Assembly (NCBI RefSeq): GCF_009914755.1
Contig: NC_060928.1
Direction: 5' to 3' (one strand)
DNA: 64,000 bases
Origin: the human T2T-CHM13v2.0 reference genome, Homo sapiens
The notes beneath the pieces were generated by a model. That model saw nothing but the letters and a program-made list of their open reading frames with translations, was not told the DNA's origin and did no database searches. The position numbers and the translations under genes are program-made. How positions within the stretch are numbered: position 1 is the first letter of the stretch; every line of letters starts with the position of its first letter. Shown piece after piece: positions 1 through 11,060 of this stretch.

Positions 1-1825
1 CCCCCACACCCCCACACACCCCCCACACCACACATCCCTCACACCCCCCACACCACACATCCCTCACACCCCCCAACACCCCCACACCCCCACACACCCC
101 CCACACCACACATCCCTCACACCCCCCACACCCCCACACCCCCCCCACACCACACATCCCTCACACCCCCCAACACCCCCACACCCCCACACACCCCCCA
201 CACCACACATCCCCCACACCCCCCACACCCCCACACACCCACACACCCCCCACACCACACATCCCCCACACCCCCCACACCCCCACACACCCCCCACACC
301 ACACATCCCTCACACCCCCCACACCCCCACACACCCCCCACACCACACATCCCCCACACCCCCAAATCCCCCACACCCCCCACATCTCCCCACACCCCCA
401 TCCCCCACACTCCCCACACCCCCCACACCCCCCACACCACACATCCCTCACACCCCCCACACCCCCACACCCCCCCCACACCACACATCCCTCACACCCC
501 CCAACACCCCCACACCCCCACACACCCCCCACACCACACATCCCCCACACCCCCCACACCCCCACACACCCACACACCCCCCACACCACACATCCCCCAC
601 ACCCCCCACACCCCCACACACCCCCCACACCACACATCCCTCACACCCCCCACACCCCCACACACCCCCCACACCACACATCCCCCACACCCCCAAATCC
701 CCCACACCCCCCACATCTCCCCACACCCCCATCCCCCACACTCCCCACACCCCCCACACCCCCCACACCACACATCCCTCACACCCCCCAACACCCCCAC
801 ACCCCCACACACCCCCCACACCACACATCCCCCACACCCCCCACACCCCCACACCCCCACACACCCACACACCCACACACCCCCCACACCCCAAATCCCC
901 CACACCCCCCACATCCCCCATACCCCTCACACCACACACCCCCATACCCCCACACACTCCCATCCCCCACACCACACATCCCGCACACCCTCCACACCAC
1001 ACATCCCCACACACCTCACACCCCCCACACCCCCACACAACCCACATACCCCCACACACCCCACATAACCCCACACACCCCCCACATCCCCCACACCCCC
1101 CCACACCCCCCACATCCCCACACACCACAAATCCTCCACACCCCCCAACACCCCCACACCCCCCACATCCCCCACACCCCCCAAATCCCCCACACCCCCC
1201 ACATCCCCCATACCCCTCACACCACACATTCCCTCACACCCCTCACACCACACATTCCCTCACACCCCACACACCACACACCCCCATACCCCCACACACT
1301 CCCATCCCCCACACCACACATCCCGCACACCCTCCACACCACACATCCCCACACACCTCACACCCCCCACACCCCCACACAACCCACATACCCCCACACA
1401 CCCCACATAACCCCACACACCCCCCACATCCCCCGCACCACACATCCCCTACACCCCCCACTCTACACACCCCACACCCCAACACACCCCACATAACCCC
1501 CACATACCCCACACCCACACCCCCCACACCCCCACCCCCCCACCCCCCACATACACACCCACACACCCCACACCCCCACATAGCCCACACAGCCTACACA
1601 CCCCACACCCGAACACACCCCACATACCTCCACACACCCCACACCCCCCGCCCCCACGAGCGTGCAGCACTCTGTTATATGCATTGAGCATACACCAGGT
1701 ACCCCCACACACCCCCAACACCCCCACACACCCCACACCCGAACACACCCCACATTCCCCACACACCCCACACACCCCACGAGCATGCAGCACTCTGTTA
1801 TATGGATTGAGCGTCCACCAGGTTC
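1..1825. repeat. C/A-rich low-complexity VNTR ((CCCCACA)n-like) with higher-order duplications, intronic in DCLK2
   Basis: Almost only C and A. Landmarks recur at fixed offsets: AAATCC at 364 and 695 (331 bp), CCGCACACCCTCC at 981 and 1323 (342 bp). The array runs off the window start. Confidence 0.95.
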
Positions 1826-3073
1826 TCAGCACCCACTGGGCCGTCATTCTCTTCTGTCCCCCGGCTGCGTTTATGTGGCCACCCTCTGTGTGTCCTTGCA
1901 ACTCCCCAGCTGCTCCCCTGCCAGAAAGTGTGCTCTCCCTCTCTCCCTCTCTCCCTCTCCAGACAGAGCCTGGGTTTGCAAGCTGAGTCTTTTGATGGCT
2001 TGCAGGACTTTGGGGGCGCTCTGTGCCAAAGCAGTGAGAAGGCCTTTTGAGTTGTGGTTTCCCTTGAATTTTAGCAGTGTTTTGCTGAAAGCCTGAGAAA
2101 GTCAGAGTTGTCAAAGAATTACAGCTTAGACACTTTGAAAAGAACCATCTTGATTGAGCCAACAGCATGAGAATGTTTCCAGCGATTCCCTTGCGAGAGC
2201 TAGCATTGATGGATGGGCTCAGTGGTACACAGTCTTGCTGTGCACTGCGTTGTAAGGCAGCTTCTTGGAAAATTTAGAAAAATAAAACATTAAAAATTGG
2301 CATACTCAACGTGTCATGAAAAAACCTTAAGAAGAGAGATTGGTTAGGATCAAAATTTAATAACCATGTTAAGTCTTCTGAGAGGAAGAACCTTTAACCG
2401 CCCTGTGCCCAGGGCTTAGGAGAGTTTGCTCGGAGACTGTGAAGGGAGTCATTGCTGGGGTCACTTTTTGACTCAGGGGCCCAGATAGGAATCAGTGGCC
2501 ATAGGCCTGTGCCCGGCCTCTTTATGGCTGGCTCTCAGCTGACATTCTGGAATGATTAGCTGTTCTACAGGCTCTGTCCTAGATAATGACGCTTAGACCC
2601 CCTCAGACAGAACCTATGTCGTGTGGTTTACAAATACCATTTTCCATTTGCTGATGAGGAGTTCAGGACTCAAAAGACAAACCCCTGGGCTCTGACAGGG
2701 TGTTTGTGTGAACAAACAACCCGTTATTGTTTGCAGCTCTGATGGTGATTGTAAATGTTGTATGTTTATGTGTGTTCAGTTGTCATTTTGCGCATGTTGG
2801 CAGGGTGTCCCCTCTAACCCCATGTTACCTACACAACTCTGCAGGCTGTTAGCTCAGAGGAACTGCTGATGTCATGATCCCATTCAGTACCTACAGGGAA
2901 ATTCAATCAGTCTTGCCTCTGGTGGCACCCATTCTCGATGGCCAAAACACCAGCCTGTGACTTTTGGGCTGTCCCAAAAAGTGGGAGGGGAAGGCCTGCT
3001 GCTGATCCTCCCCTGGCGCAGGACCTGGTCTGGGGCATGGTTGTGTGGGGGAACTTGCGATGCTGCTGTATTG

Positions 3074-3136
3074 TCCTCCTCGTCCTCCTCATCCTCCTCG
3101 TCCTCCTCATCCTCCTCATCCTCCTCATCCTCCTCA
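3074..3136. repeat. (TCCTCCTCR)x7 9-bp minisatellite
   Basis: Seven tandem units of TCCTCCTCG or TCCTCCTCA read directly. Confidence 0.95.
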
Positions 3137-3476
3137 CGTCACTGTGTGTCCTGTCTTCGGAACAGTTTTAAGTGTTTTTACATTAAAAATAACCTCAAAA
3201 TGACTCTCCCTGGTACTCATAGGTCCTCATAACTGAGACTGTGGGGCCAACCTGGTTTTCTGCAGATACAAATGATAGTGGAAATAGTGTCAACCGTCTG
3301 GAGGTTGAATCATCAGATAACTTACAGACAGGACCTTCCCATCTGCTGTCACCCTAGTGTTCTCATCCCCAGAGCTGGGGCCTGAGACTTCAGTGAGAAA
3401 ATGATGGGCTAGAAATTGGTCCATAAAGGTGAAAAAAAAGTAAAGTTGATGGTGTTATCTGCATTTTGTTTGACAG

Positions 3477-3494
3477 TTTGATTTGACAGTTTGA
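3477..3494 (+). CDS. DCLK2: Candidate DCLK2 alternative exon start encoding FDLTV-stop
   Basis: Acceptor gcattttgtttgacag| followed by TTT GAT TTG ACA GTT TGA in phase 0, the same phase as the terminal exon. It matches my recollection of a short DCLK2 isoform ending FDLTV. The 3' boundary of the exon is not determined. Confidence 0.6.
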   Translation, partial: FDLTV

Positions 3495-4428
3495 GAGGCA
3501 CCTCAGAGTTTCCTTCTTTACCCCGCTGAGACAGTGGGAGAGCCTGAAGCAGAATCCTGGTATTCACCACGCTGCGTCCGACCAGCGCGCCCCATCCTCA
3601 GCCCCTCTCACGCCTGCATGCTTGTCTCAGTTTCTGATGCCGCCGTCCGGCTCTCAGCTGCTTACTGGTGTGGGTCTTTTGTACCTACTCACATCCTTTC
3701 CAGCCAGCCAAGCAGGCCCCTGGAAAACTTTATTTTCAAACTTCTCAGCTTACCACACTGCCTGCCTTTCCAGACCAACAGCTGGTGAGAGCACGGGAGG
3801 AGTCCCATAGTTCTCCTACCGATGCTGTTTCCCACTTAGGTGAAAAGTGGCTTTTCGGAAAGAGCAGCTTAAGATGGTGCCTTCGTGAAGGCTTTTGTTC
3901 TTTCTCCAGCTGCATTTCCAAAGATGAGTTTGTATCAGTAAGTGTAATCTCAGCCAGCCTTTGGGATAAGAGAAGATAATTTAATGGGTGAGGCCTTGGT
4001 TTCAGGCAGGGCTGAGGTGTGGGATTACAGTTCCCATTTTCTTGGACTTGTCCTTAGCATGCGTAAGAAAGGACAGAGCAGGGTGCATGCAGGACGGCCT
4101 CCCATGTACCCCGGGGGGCTCGCCCCAGTTGCAGAGACCAGGAGAGACCATCTTGTGGTGGGAAGGGAATGCCGAGAAGCCGCCGTCACTCGGCGCCTGC
4201 GGTGCAGACTTGAGAAGGGACGGATTCAAGGGCATTGCCTTCTTCGCTGGGGGATTATGCCTTGTTTCAGGGGGAAGTTGGGGAAGGATTTGGGTTTATT
4301 GCCTTAATTTAAGATAGACAAAACTGTTTCACTCGTGTTGCTTCTGTTGAAAGTAAGTCTAGTTTCTGTCCCTGCTTCTCTCCTGCCTTCTGCCTCTCCC
4401 GCCGCCTGCATTGCTTCCCTCTGGCTAG

Positions 4429-4441
4429 GTCCAAGGCCATG
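4429..4441 (+). CDS. DCLK2: DCLK2 13-nt cassette microexon (VQGH + G; frameshift gives VQGHEHGSR*)
   Basis: Long pyrimidine tract ending ttccctctggctag|GTCCAAGGCCATG|gtatgt. Joined to 6023 it reads GAA CAC GGC TCT AGA TAA (stop at 6037-6039). Confidence 0.75.
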
Positions 4442-4689
4442 GTATGTACTAACCGCACTGCCAGCCTGCCTTCTGCCACACACGCCCCTGTGCTTCTGAC
4501 AGGAAGAGAAAAGGAGAAATAACGGGGGGATTGTTTTCTTGTACCCAGGAGACATTTTGTGGTAGGAAAAACCTGTATGCTGGCTCTCTGCTTCCCATGT
4601 AGGTGGGAGCATCTTTTAGTGGAGTTTTCCACAGTTACCCTTTCTCCAGGTAGTTGAAATTGTCCTTGGAAATTGTAGGGATTTGGGGA

Positions 4690-4980
4690 GTTTTGTTTAT
4701 TGAGACAGGATCTTGCTCTGTTGCCCAGACTGGAGTGCGGTGGTGTGATCCTAGCTCACTGTATCCTCAAACTCCTGAGCTCAAGCCATCCTCCTGCCTC
4801 AGCCTCCAAGTAGCTAGGACTACAGGTGCACGCCACCATGCCCGGCTAATTTTTAAATTCTTTGTGGAGATGGAGTCTCTGTGTTGCCCAGGCTGGTCTC
4901 AAACTCCTGACCTCAAGTGATCCTCCCTCCTTGGCCTCCGGAAGTGCTGGGATTACAGGTGTGAGCCACTGCACCCGGCC
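4690..4980 (-). mobile_element. Alu (J-like, diverged)
   Basis: Reverse-complement Alu: gagacagga tcttgctctgttgcccag...gagccactgcacccggcc. Confidence 0.9.
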
Positions 4981-6022
4981 AGAAATGGATGACTGTTCAG
5001 CTTGAACTTGTGAGGGCCTGTGGAGAAGCAGCCATTCCATAGGTGGCCCCAGGTGCCCTGAAGGCCGCCACCCAAGTTCATCTTAGAAAGCCCTGTTGTT
5101 GATTCTTATTTTCTCCAGACTTTTTTTGTTGTTGTTAAAGTACTGAAAGAATCTTTAGTGCATTTTCCCCTCTCCCTCCCCAGGGTAGTTAGATTACAAA
5201 AGGCCTCCTGGCAATTGTCCCTTTCAGCTAAAGGTGCCTGGGAACTGCCATCTCCTTCACTTTTGGGAAGCCCATTGAGATGGCAGCTTGATGGGCTTCC
5301 CTGGACAAGCAGGAAATAGAGAAGGAGAAAGCAGGACCGGGGTCCCTTCCCCAGCCAGGCTTAGAACGCAAGGTGACTGCCTCACATCTTTGTGGCTGTT
5401 TCTCTGTTCCTTGAAGAGCTGAGCAGATTTAAAAACTTTCAGGATGTTTCAGGATAAGGAAGCTTTGCTTCATGTGAAGAGAAGACAGGTGAGGATATCA
5501 TGGAGGATCTGAAAAAAGAGTAATGTGGCTCCATCCAATTCCTGGGCCTTTTATAGGCTTCACAGCATCTCAGGTTGTTAGGAGGATTAATTATTCACAG
5601 GACATGCGGGTAACTTTTCAATCTGTGACAGAGAGCTTTATTTGGAAGAGTAAACTCTCCAAGACTGAGCACCCTTGTAAGGTTTGCTTATTGTCTCAGA
5701 ATTCTTTTGAGCTTAAGGTCTGGGCTTGGGCTGAAGGGGTGAGAACCCAGGCACAGCCCAAAGCGAGAGAAGACGACAGACATCCAGTGTGTCCTGGGCT
5801 GCCAGCCTGGGTCAGGGTAGGAGCAGAGGCCAAGGACAGCCCCTTCCCCCGGTGGGTTCCCGAAACCATTACTCTCCTGTGAGGCTTCTGTTAGAAGCTT
5901 GGCGTTATTTCTCCTCTTCTGTTTCTGAGGCCCGTGCATGCTCTGTTGTGCTCTCTGCTCGTGGCAGCTGGGACCCGAGCCTGGGCCCGGGTAATGTGTT
6001 GTCTCTGCTGTTTCCTCCTCAG

Positions 6023-6250
6023 AACACGGCTCTAGATAAGGAGGGGCAGATTTTCTGCAGCAAGCACTGTCAAGACAGCGGCAGGCCTGGGATGGAGCCC
6101 ATCTCTCCAGTTCCTCCCTCAGTGGAGGAGATCCCTGTGCCTGGGGAAGCAGTCCCGGCCCCCACCCCTCCGGAATCTCCCACCCCCCACTGTCCTCCCG
6201 CTGCCCCGGGTGGTGAGCGGGCAGGAACCTGGCGCCGCCACCGAGACTGA
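6023..6250 (+). CDS. DCLK2: DCLK2 terminal coding exon (proline-rich C-terminal tail of doublecortin-like kinase 2)
   Basis: Acceptor tttcctcctcag| at 6022. Translation NTALDKEGQIFCSKHCQDSGRPGMEP...GERAGTWRRHRD* is recognised as the DCLK2 C-terminus; the DCLK-family TALDKE motif is present. Confidence 0.93.
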   Translation, partial: NTALDKEGQIFCSKHCQDSGRPGMEPISPVPPSVEEIPVPGEAVPAPTPPESPTPHCPPAAPGGERAGTWRRHRD

Positions 6251-7430
6251 GCCTCCTGCAGACGGGCGAAGCCGCCTGGTGCCGCCCAGGAAGCCAGCCC
6301 TCTGCTCGGCCTCGCCGGCCTCCCTGCTGCAGGCCTCCCTCTCTTCACCGCCTGCGCCTGAGTTCGCGGGTCCTCCGCAGGCCGCCTGGGAACCGGAGCC
6401 TGGCGTGCCGGAGCCTGGCCTGGTGCTCTGGGCTCTGCCTTCTGGTTCCTGGAGGCATCAAAGGCTGCATCCGTTCTGCCAACAGCTGTTCGGAGAGACT
6501 CGTTCCAGATCATCCCGTCATTTTCAGTTTGTTGGACATTTTACAGCTTCACCAGGAGAATGTGCAACTTTATTCCAGCATTCGATGCATTTTTATAGAA
6601 ACACTTTGGAAACACTTTGGATGAACCAAGGCCTTTTCCTTATTTAAGTAGACTCAGAACACTCCCTTTCTTTTCTTTTCTCTCTCTCTCTTTTTTTTTT
6701 ACGAAAGACTTAGAATTGCATTTGTCCTTTTGTGGGTGTCCTGTGAGAGGTGATATGGGGGCTAAGAGGACTGGCTTTCTAATAGAAGAAGTGAGCGCCT
6801 GAGAGGACAATTTGGTCATTGGACACGGATTGCAGGCTTTGAGAAGCGCTCAGAGGCCCAGGGCGGCGGGCTCAGCCATTCGGCTTGGGGCACCAGGCTC
6901 CCCAGAGACAATGCTCAGTATTCATTCATACACAGACGATGGAAGAAGCCACTTCTTCCCTGGGCGGTGTGGGTTTCCCCCAGCTCTTCCCACACGTGTG
7001 TTAGGAAATGCCCGTGAACTTGCCCTCTGGGCTTTTTAATGAGAGGCTTGGCGCATGCGGCACCCAGCGGCTGCTTCCCTGCAAGCCAGCGACTTGCCGA
7101 GCAGAATGAGCTCTGCTCCTGAGCCCCGGTAGCTGCTTCCTCATCTGCATTTCATCTGGAGCAGGGCAGGTAACCACAGGAGGAGGCATGCCCGAGGCAG
7201 CCAGGACTGGGCGGGAAGGTGCTCCCTGGATATACTCTGTGAACCTTCTGGAAGGCTGCTGGCAGTTTTTCCTTTTTGTCCACCACCCTGCTCTTTTTAA
7301 TAATTGTACATAATCCGTGTATTTGTTTTACCTGCTCATCTTCTAAACTGGCGAGCCCTATAGTTCGTTCTCATTGTTAGATTTTGCCTTTTACAAGTGT
7401 CCCCAACCTGCAATAAACTTTTCCCTCTTG
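6251..7430 (+). other. DCLK2: DCLK2 3' UTR
   Basis: Follows the stop codon and ends after AATAAA at 7412-7417, with a GT-rich tract downstream at about 7460-7478. Confidence 0.75.
7412..7417 (+). terminator. DCLK2 polyadenylation signal AATAAA
   Basis: Canonical hexamer with upstream TGTA elements and a downstream GT-rich element (tgtgctgttgtttgg). Confidence 0.75.
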
Positions 7431-7639
7431 AAAAAAAGTAATCAGGGATGGGCAAAGGTTTCTGTGCTGTTGTTTGGCTAAGGATGTATGGGAGCAAAGT
7501 TCTCCTCCTCGGCCCGGGTTCCAGCGGGTGCCAGTGGCTGTTTTGCAAAGTCTCAGGGCCACCCGGGGAAAAGAGGAAGCTCGGGGAGAACACACATGGA
7601 AATGAATCTTGGTTGAAGTTTGTCTGGTTACAGGTGCAG

Positions 7640-7986
<347 letters not shown>

Positions 7987-9457
7987 TTATGAAGCAGCAG
8001 CAGGAAGGGCAGAGAGTTGGGGCAGTTGTTCCCCTGTCTCTCTCTGAGGTTGTGTGGTCTCCTGTCTCTGCTTTTTCCAGTGCCTTGTCAGCTACAGCTT
8101 TCTCTGCAAGACTCTTGTTTCTGTCCCCTCATAGTACCCACTTACCTGTGGTTCAGGTTACCCTGGTACTGCCTCTGTCCGCAACTTTTCAAGGCTTTAT
8201 AATCCCAGGGCTTGAAACCATCTAACTTGACTCTGGATCTTCCAGTTCAGATTGCTGAAGGAATGAGTCAATCTCAAGGGCCAGGCGATACAATGAGTTC
8301 TGGGCTGGTGCTGACCCCTGATCAGGTCCAGAGGTTGGCCACAAGGTGCGGTGGGTTGCGGGCTGGGGGAGCGGGCGGCGGGCTTCCTAGGCCCACAGCT
8401 GTAGCAGGGTCAGGCTACAGGAGGACGACAGTTTCAAAAAAGCAGTGATGTATAGGTCTAGAACATTCTGCTTGTGCCTCCTCTTTGGTTACAGGACAAG
8501 CTTTTTCATAGCTTTCAATAGAAATATTTTTGTTAATGGAAGGGAAGAGCTAATAAAAGGAAGAAGGAGAAAAATGCAAACAGCGATAGAACAAGGCCTC
8601 TGGCACTGATCTGAGCCCCAAACCCATTTCCCTCCCTTGAACTGTGAGGTTCAAAGAAAGACATCTGCTAAAGGCAAAATAAGTGGCTGGCCAGTGCCAG
8701 TCACTGTCAGGATGCAGGAGCCTCTTCTTGTCGGTACATGCCTCCGCCCTCTGTAAGGATGGAGACCGGAAGTAGCATGAGCTGGCAGGGGCGGCACTGC
8801 CTAGCCATCCTGCTAAAATGGTTATGACCCCAGGAAAACCTACAGAAGTATGTGGCGCTAGGGGAGCAAACCAAGAGGTCAAGTCACACCTCCAGGGTAA
8901 TAGAATTGGCAGGAGGTGGAGCCATGATGCAGTGTTAGCTTTTGCTGACTCTAAAGTGCATGTTCTTTTTGGGGGCGGGGCGGGGGTGACCCTGTCTATC
9001 CATGGCTAAATCAAGGCCTGGAGGGGAGGAGCTAAATAAAGGTTCTGATACAGGCAGATTGTTCATCTGCCCACTTGTTTAGCAAACATTTATTAAGCTG
9101 TAATTCTGTCTCAGGATCTAAATTAAATACAGGTACTTAAAACTGCTGGGTTCCTCAAATCCTGCACAGAGAGAATGGCATGAACTGTTTCATGTTGATT
9201 CCCTTACTTGAGCCGGGCCGAGTCTCAGCCTCTCATTTTCTCTCTCTTCCTCTCACCCTCTCTTTTCAGAAAGGTTGCTATGATAGAAATGTATTGAATA
9301 TATAAATTGAAGGCATTTGGCAAAACTTCCCCCAGAATATCTTCATGGCTAAAATGGTGAAATGTGAATTAGGAGATGGTGAAGACAGCTCAGGACAGAT
9401 TCACCATGTTGAAAGCAGGAGTGCTGATTGATGTTGTCTTGGAGAAAGATCTCTAGA

Positions 9458-9762
9458 ACAGTTTGCTGTCCCACAGAAATATGCAAGCCACAGGAGACAG
9501 CATTTCCTAGTATCATGTTAAAAAAATTTTTTAGAGAAACAGGTGAAATTAATTTTTATAGTATATTTTATTTAACCTAATATGTCTAAATACATCCAAA
9601 GTATTATTTTGGCATGTAATCAACATAAATCACTAGGATGTTTTACTTTCTTTGTTCTAAACCTTTGAAATCTGGTGTGCTTTACATTTATAGCATGTCT
9701 CAGTTTGGACAGGGCACATTTCAAGTGTTGAACAGCCACGTGGTTAGTGGCTGCCATGCTGC
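9458..9762. mobile_element. MER33-like hAT-Charlie fossil
   Basis: gctgtcccacagaaatatgcaagccaca...gaaacaggtgaaattaatttt...agccacgtggttagtggctgcc resembles the MER33 consensus as I recall it. Confidence 0.6.
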
Positions 9763-10765
9763 AGCTTCAGTCTTTGTTCTTAACCTTTTTTTTTTTTTCC
9801 CGCATATGATGTGAATAACAACTTAGAATGCTTTCCTGTTTTTTTTTTTTAATGGAATGGACTCATTTAAAAGGATCTCAGCAGGTGAGGATACTGATCC
9901 AAACCCACGGTGTAGAAGTGAAGTGTGAAGTGCTGTGATTCAATTCTGTAACTACCCAAGGCAAGGCCCTGGCCTGCAGCACGGCTGAAGATCTGGGCCT
10001 GGAGGATTTCAATGACCGCCCAGTCGTTAGGAGCCAACACAGCTGCTTGAACATTAGCATAATCTTAACTGTGTTATGAGAAGCACGCGCAGATCCCAGG
10101 CAGTGCTAGCTGGGGATGGAGTTCTGTTCTGGGGACCTTGTTACATGTGGTGCAGAGCAAGAGCAATGATCACCCGACAGAGGACAGCTGGAGTGGTGAG
10201 GGGGTGTGAATCCTGGCAGCCAAGGACTGGTGGAGAAAACTGTGAGGTAAGAGGAAAGTCGAGGCACATTTGCTCAATGTCTTTGGCTGTGTAAAGGACT
10301 GCTCCATAGAAGGGGCACAGCCTTTTTTTAGTTGCTCTGGATGGTCAGCCTGAGGTCAGCAGGTAGGGGGCACAAAAGGTCAGATTTAAGGACAGAGTGA
10401 GAGTAAGATTCTAGTAACAGAGCAGTGCAGTCACAGAATCAGCTGCTTTCTAAAGAAGAAGATCATGACAATCACACAAGTTTGCAGCTTATGGAGTATT
10501 TCATCCTATCTCATTTGAGATATGCCACAGCCCTAAGAGATAGATATTAATATCCTTGTCTAATAAATAAGGAAATGGAATGGTCAAGAGCTTCCCCAGG
10601 CAGGGCAGGTGCCCCATGACAAGGTTTCCTCTTTTGGCAGTCAGAGATGTGTTAGGAGTGCTGCGTGTGTAAGACACAGGTGGGGTGCGAATTCATAGGA
10701 ACATTCACAGTTTGGCTTTTAACCTTGCTGGAGGAGCCCACTCTCTCAAAAGAGATGGCTTGCCT

Positions 10766-11060
10766 GGCCAGGCACGTGGCTCACGCCTGTAATCCCAGCA
10801 AGGCGGAGACAAGGCGGATCACCCGAGGAAGGCAGTTCAAGACCAGCCTGACCAACATGGAGAAACCCCGTCTCTACTAAAAATATAAAATTAGCTGGGT
10901 GTGGTGGCGCATGCCTGTAATCCTAGCTACTCAGGAGGCTGAGGCAGGAGAATCGCTTGAAACCGGGAGACGGAGGTTGCGGTGAGCCAAGATTGCACCA
11001 TTGCACTCCAGCCTGGGCAACAAGAGCAAAACTCTGTCTCAAAAAAAAAAAAAAAAAAAA
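10766..11060 (+). mobile_element. Alu (Sp-like)
   Basis: ggccaggcacgtggctcacgcc...accaacatggagaaacccc...caacaagagcaaaactc with an A20 tail and a degenerate TSD ending gcttgcct. Confidence 0.92.

Noticed and set aside
1-1825. Possible CRISPR-like or telomere-like array
   Set aside because: There are no unique spacers, no cas genes and no TTAGGG units. The context is a primate intron.
64-2168. Many Gly/Val/Cys/Trp-rich ORFs on the - strand and His/Pro/Thr-rich ORFs on the + strand
   Set aside because: They are artefacts of the C/A VNTR, which lacks stop codons in all frames. There is no gene structure.
2907-3232. Poly-Ser, poly-Leu and Arg-rich ORFs
   Set aside because: They are translations of the (TCCTCCTCR)7 repeat.
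6070-6647. Overlapping 145-147 aa ORFs on both strands of the DCLK2 last exon
   Set aside because: GC-rich sequence gives long chance ORFs. The microexon frame stops at 6039 and does not reach them.
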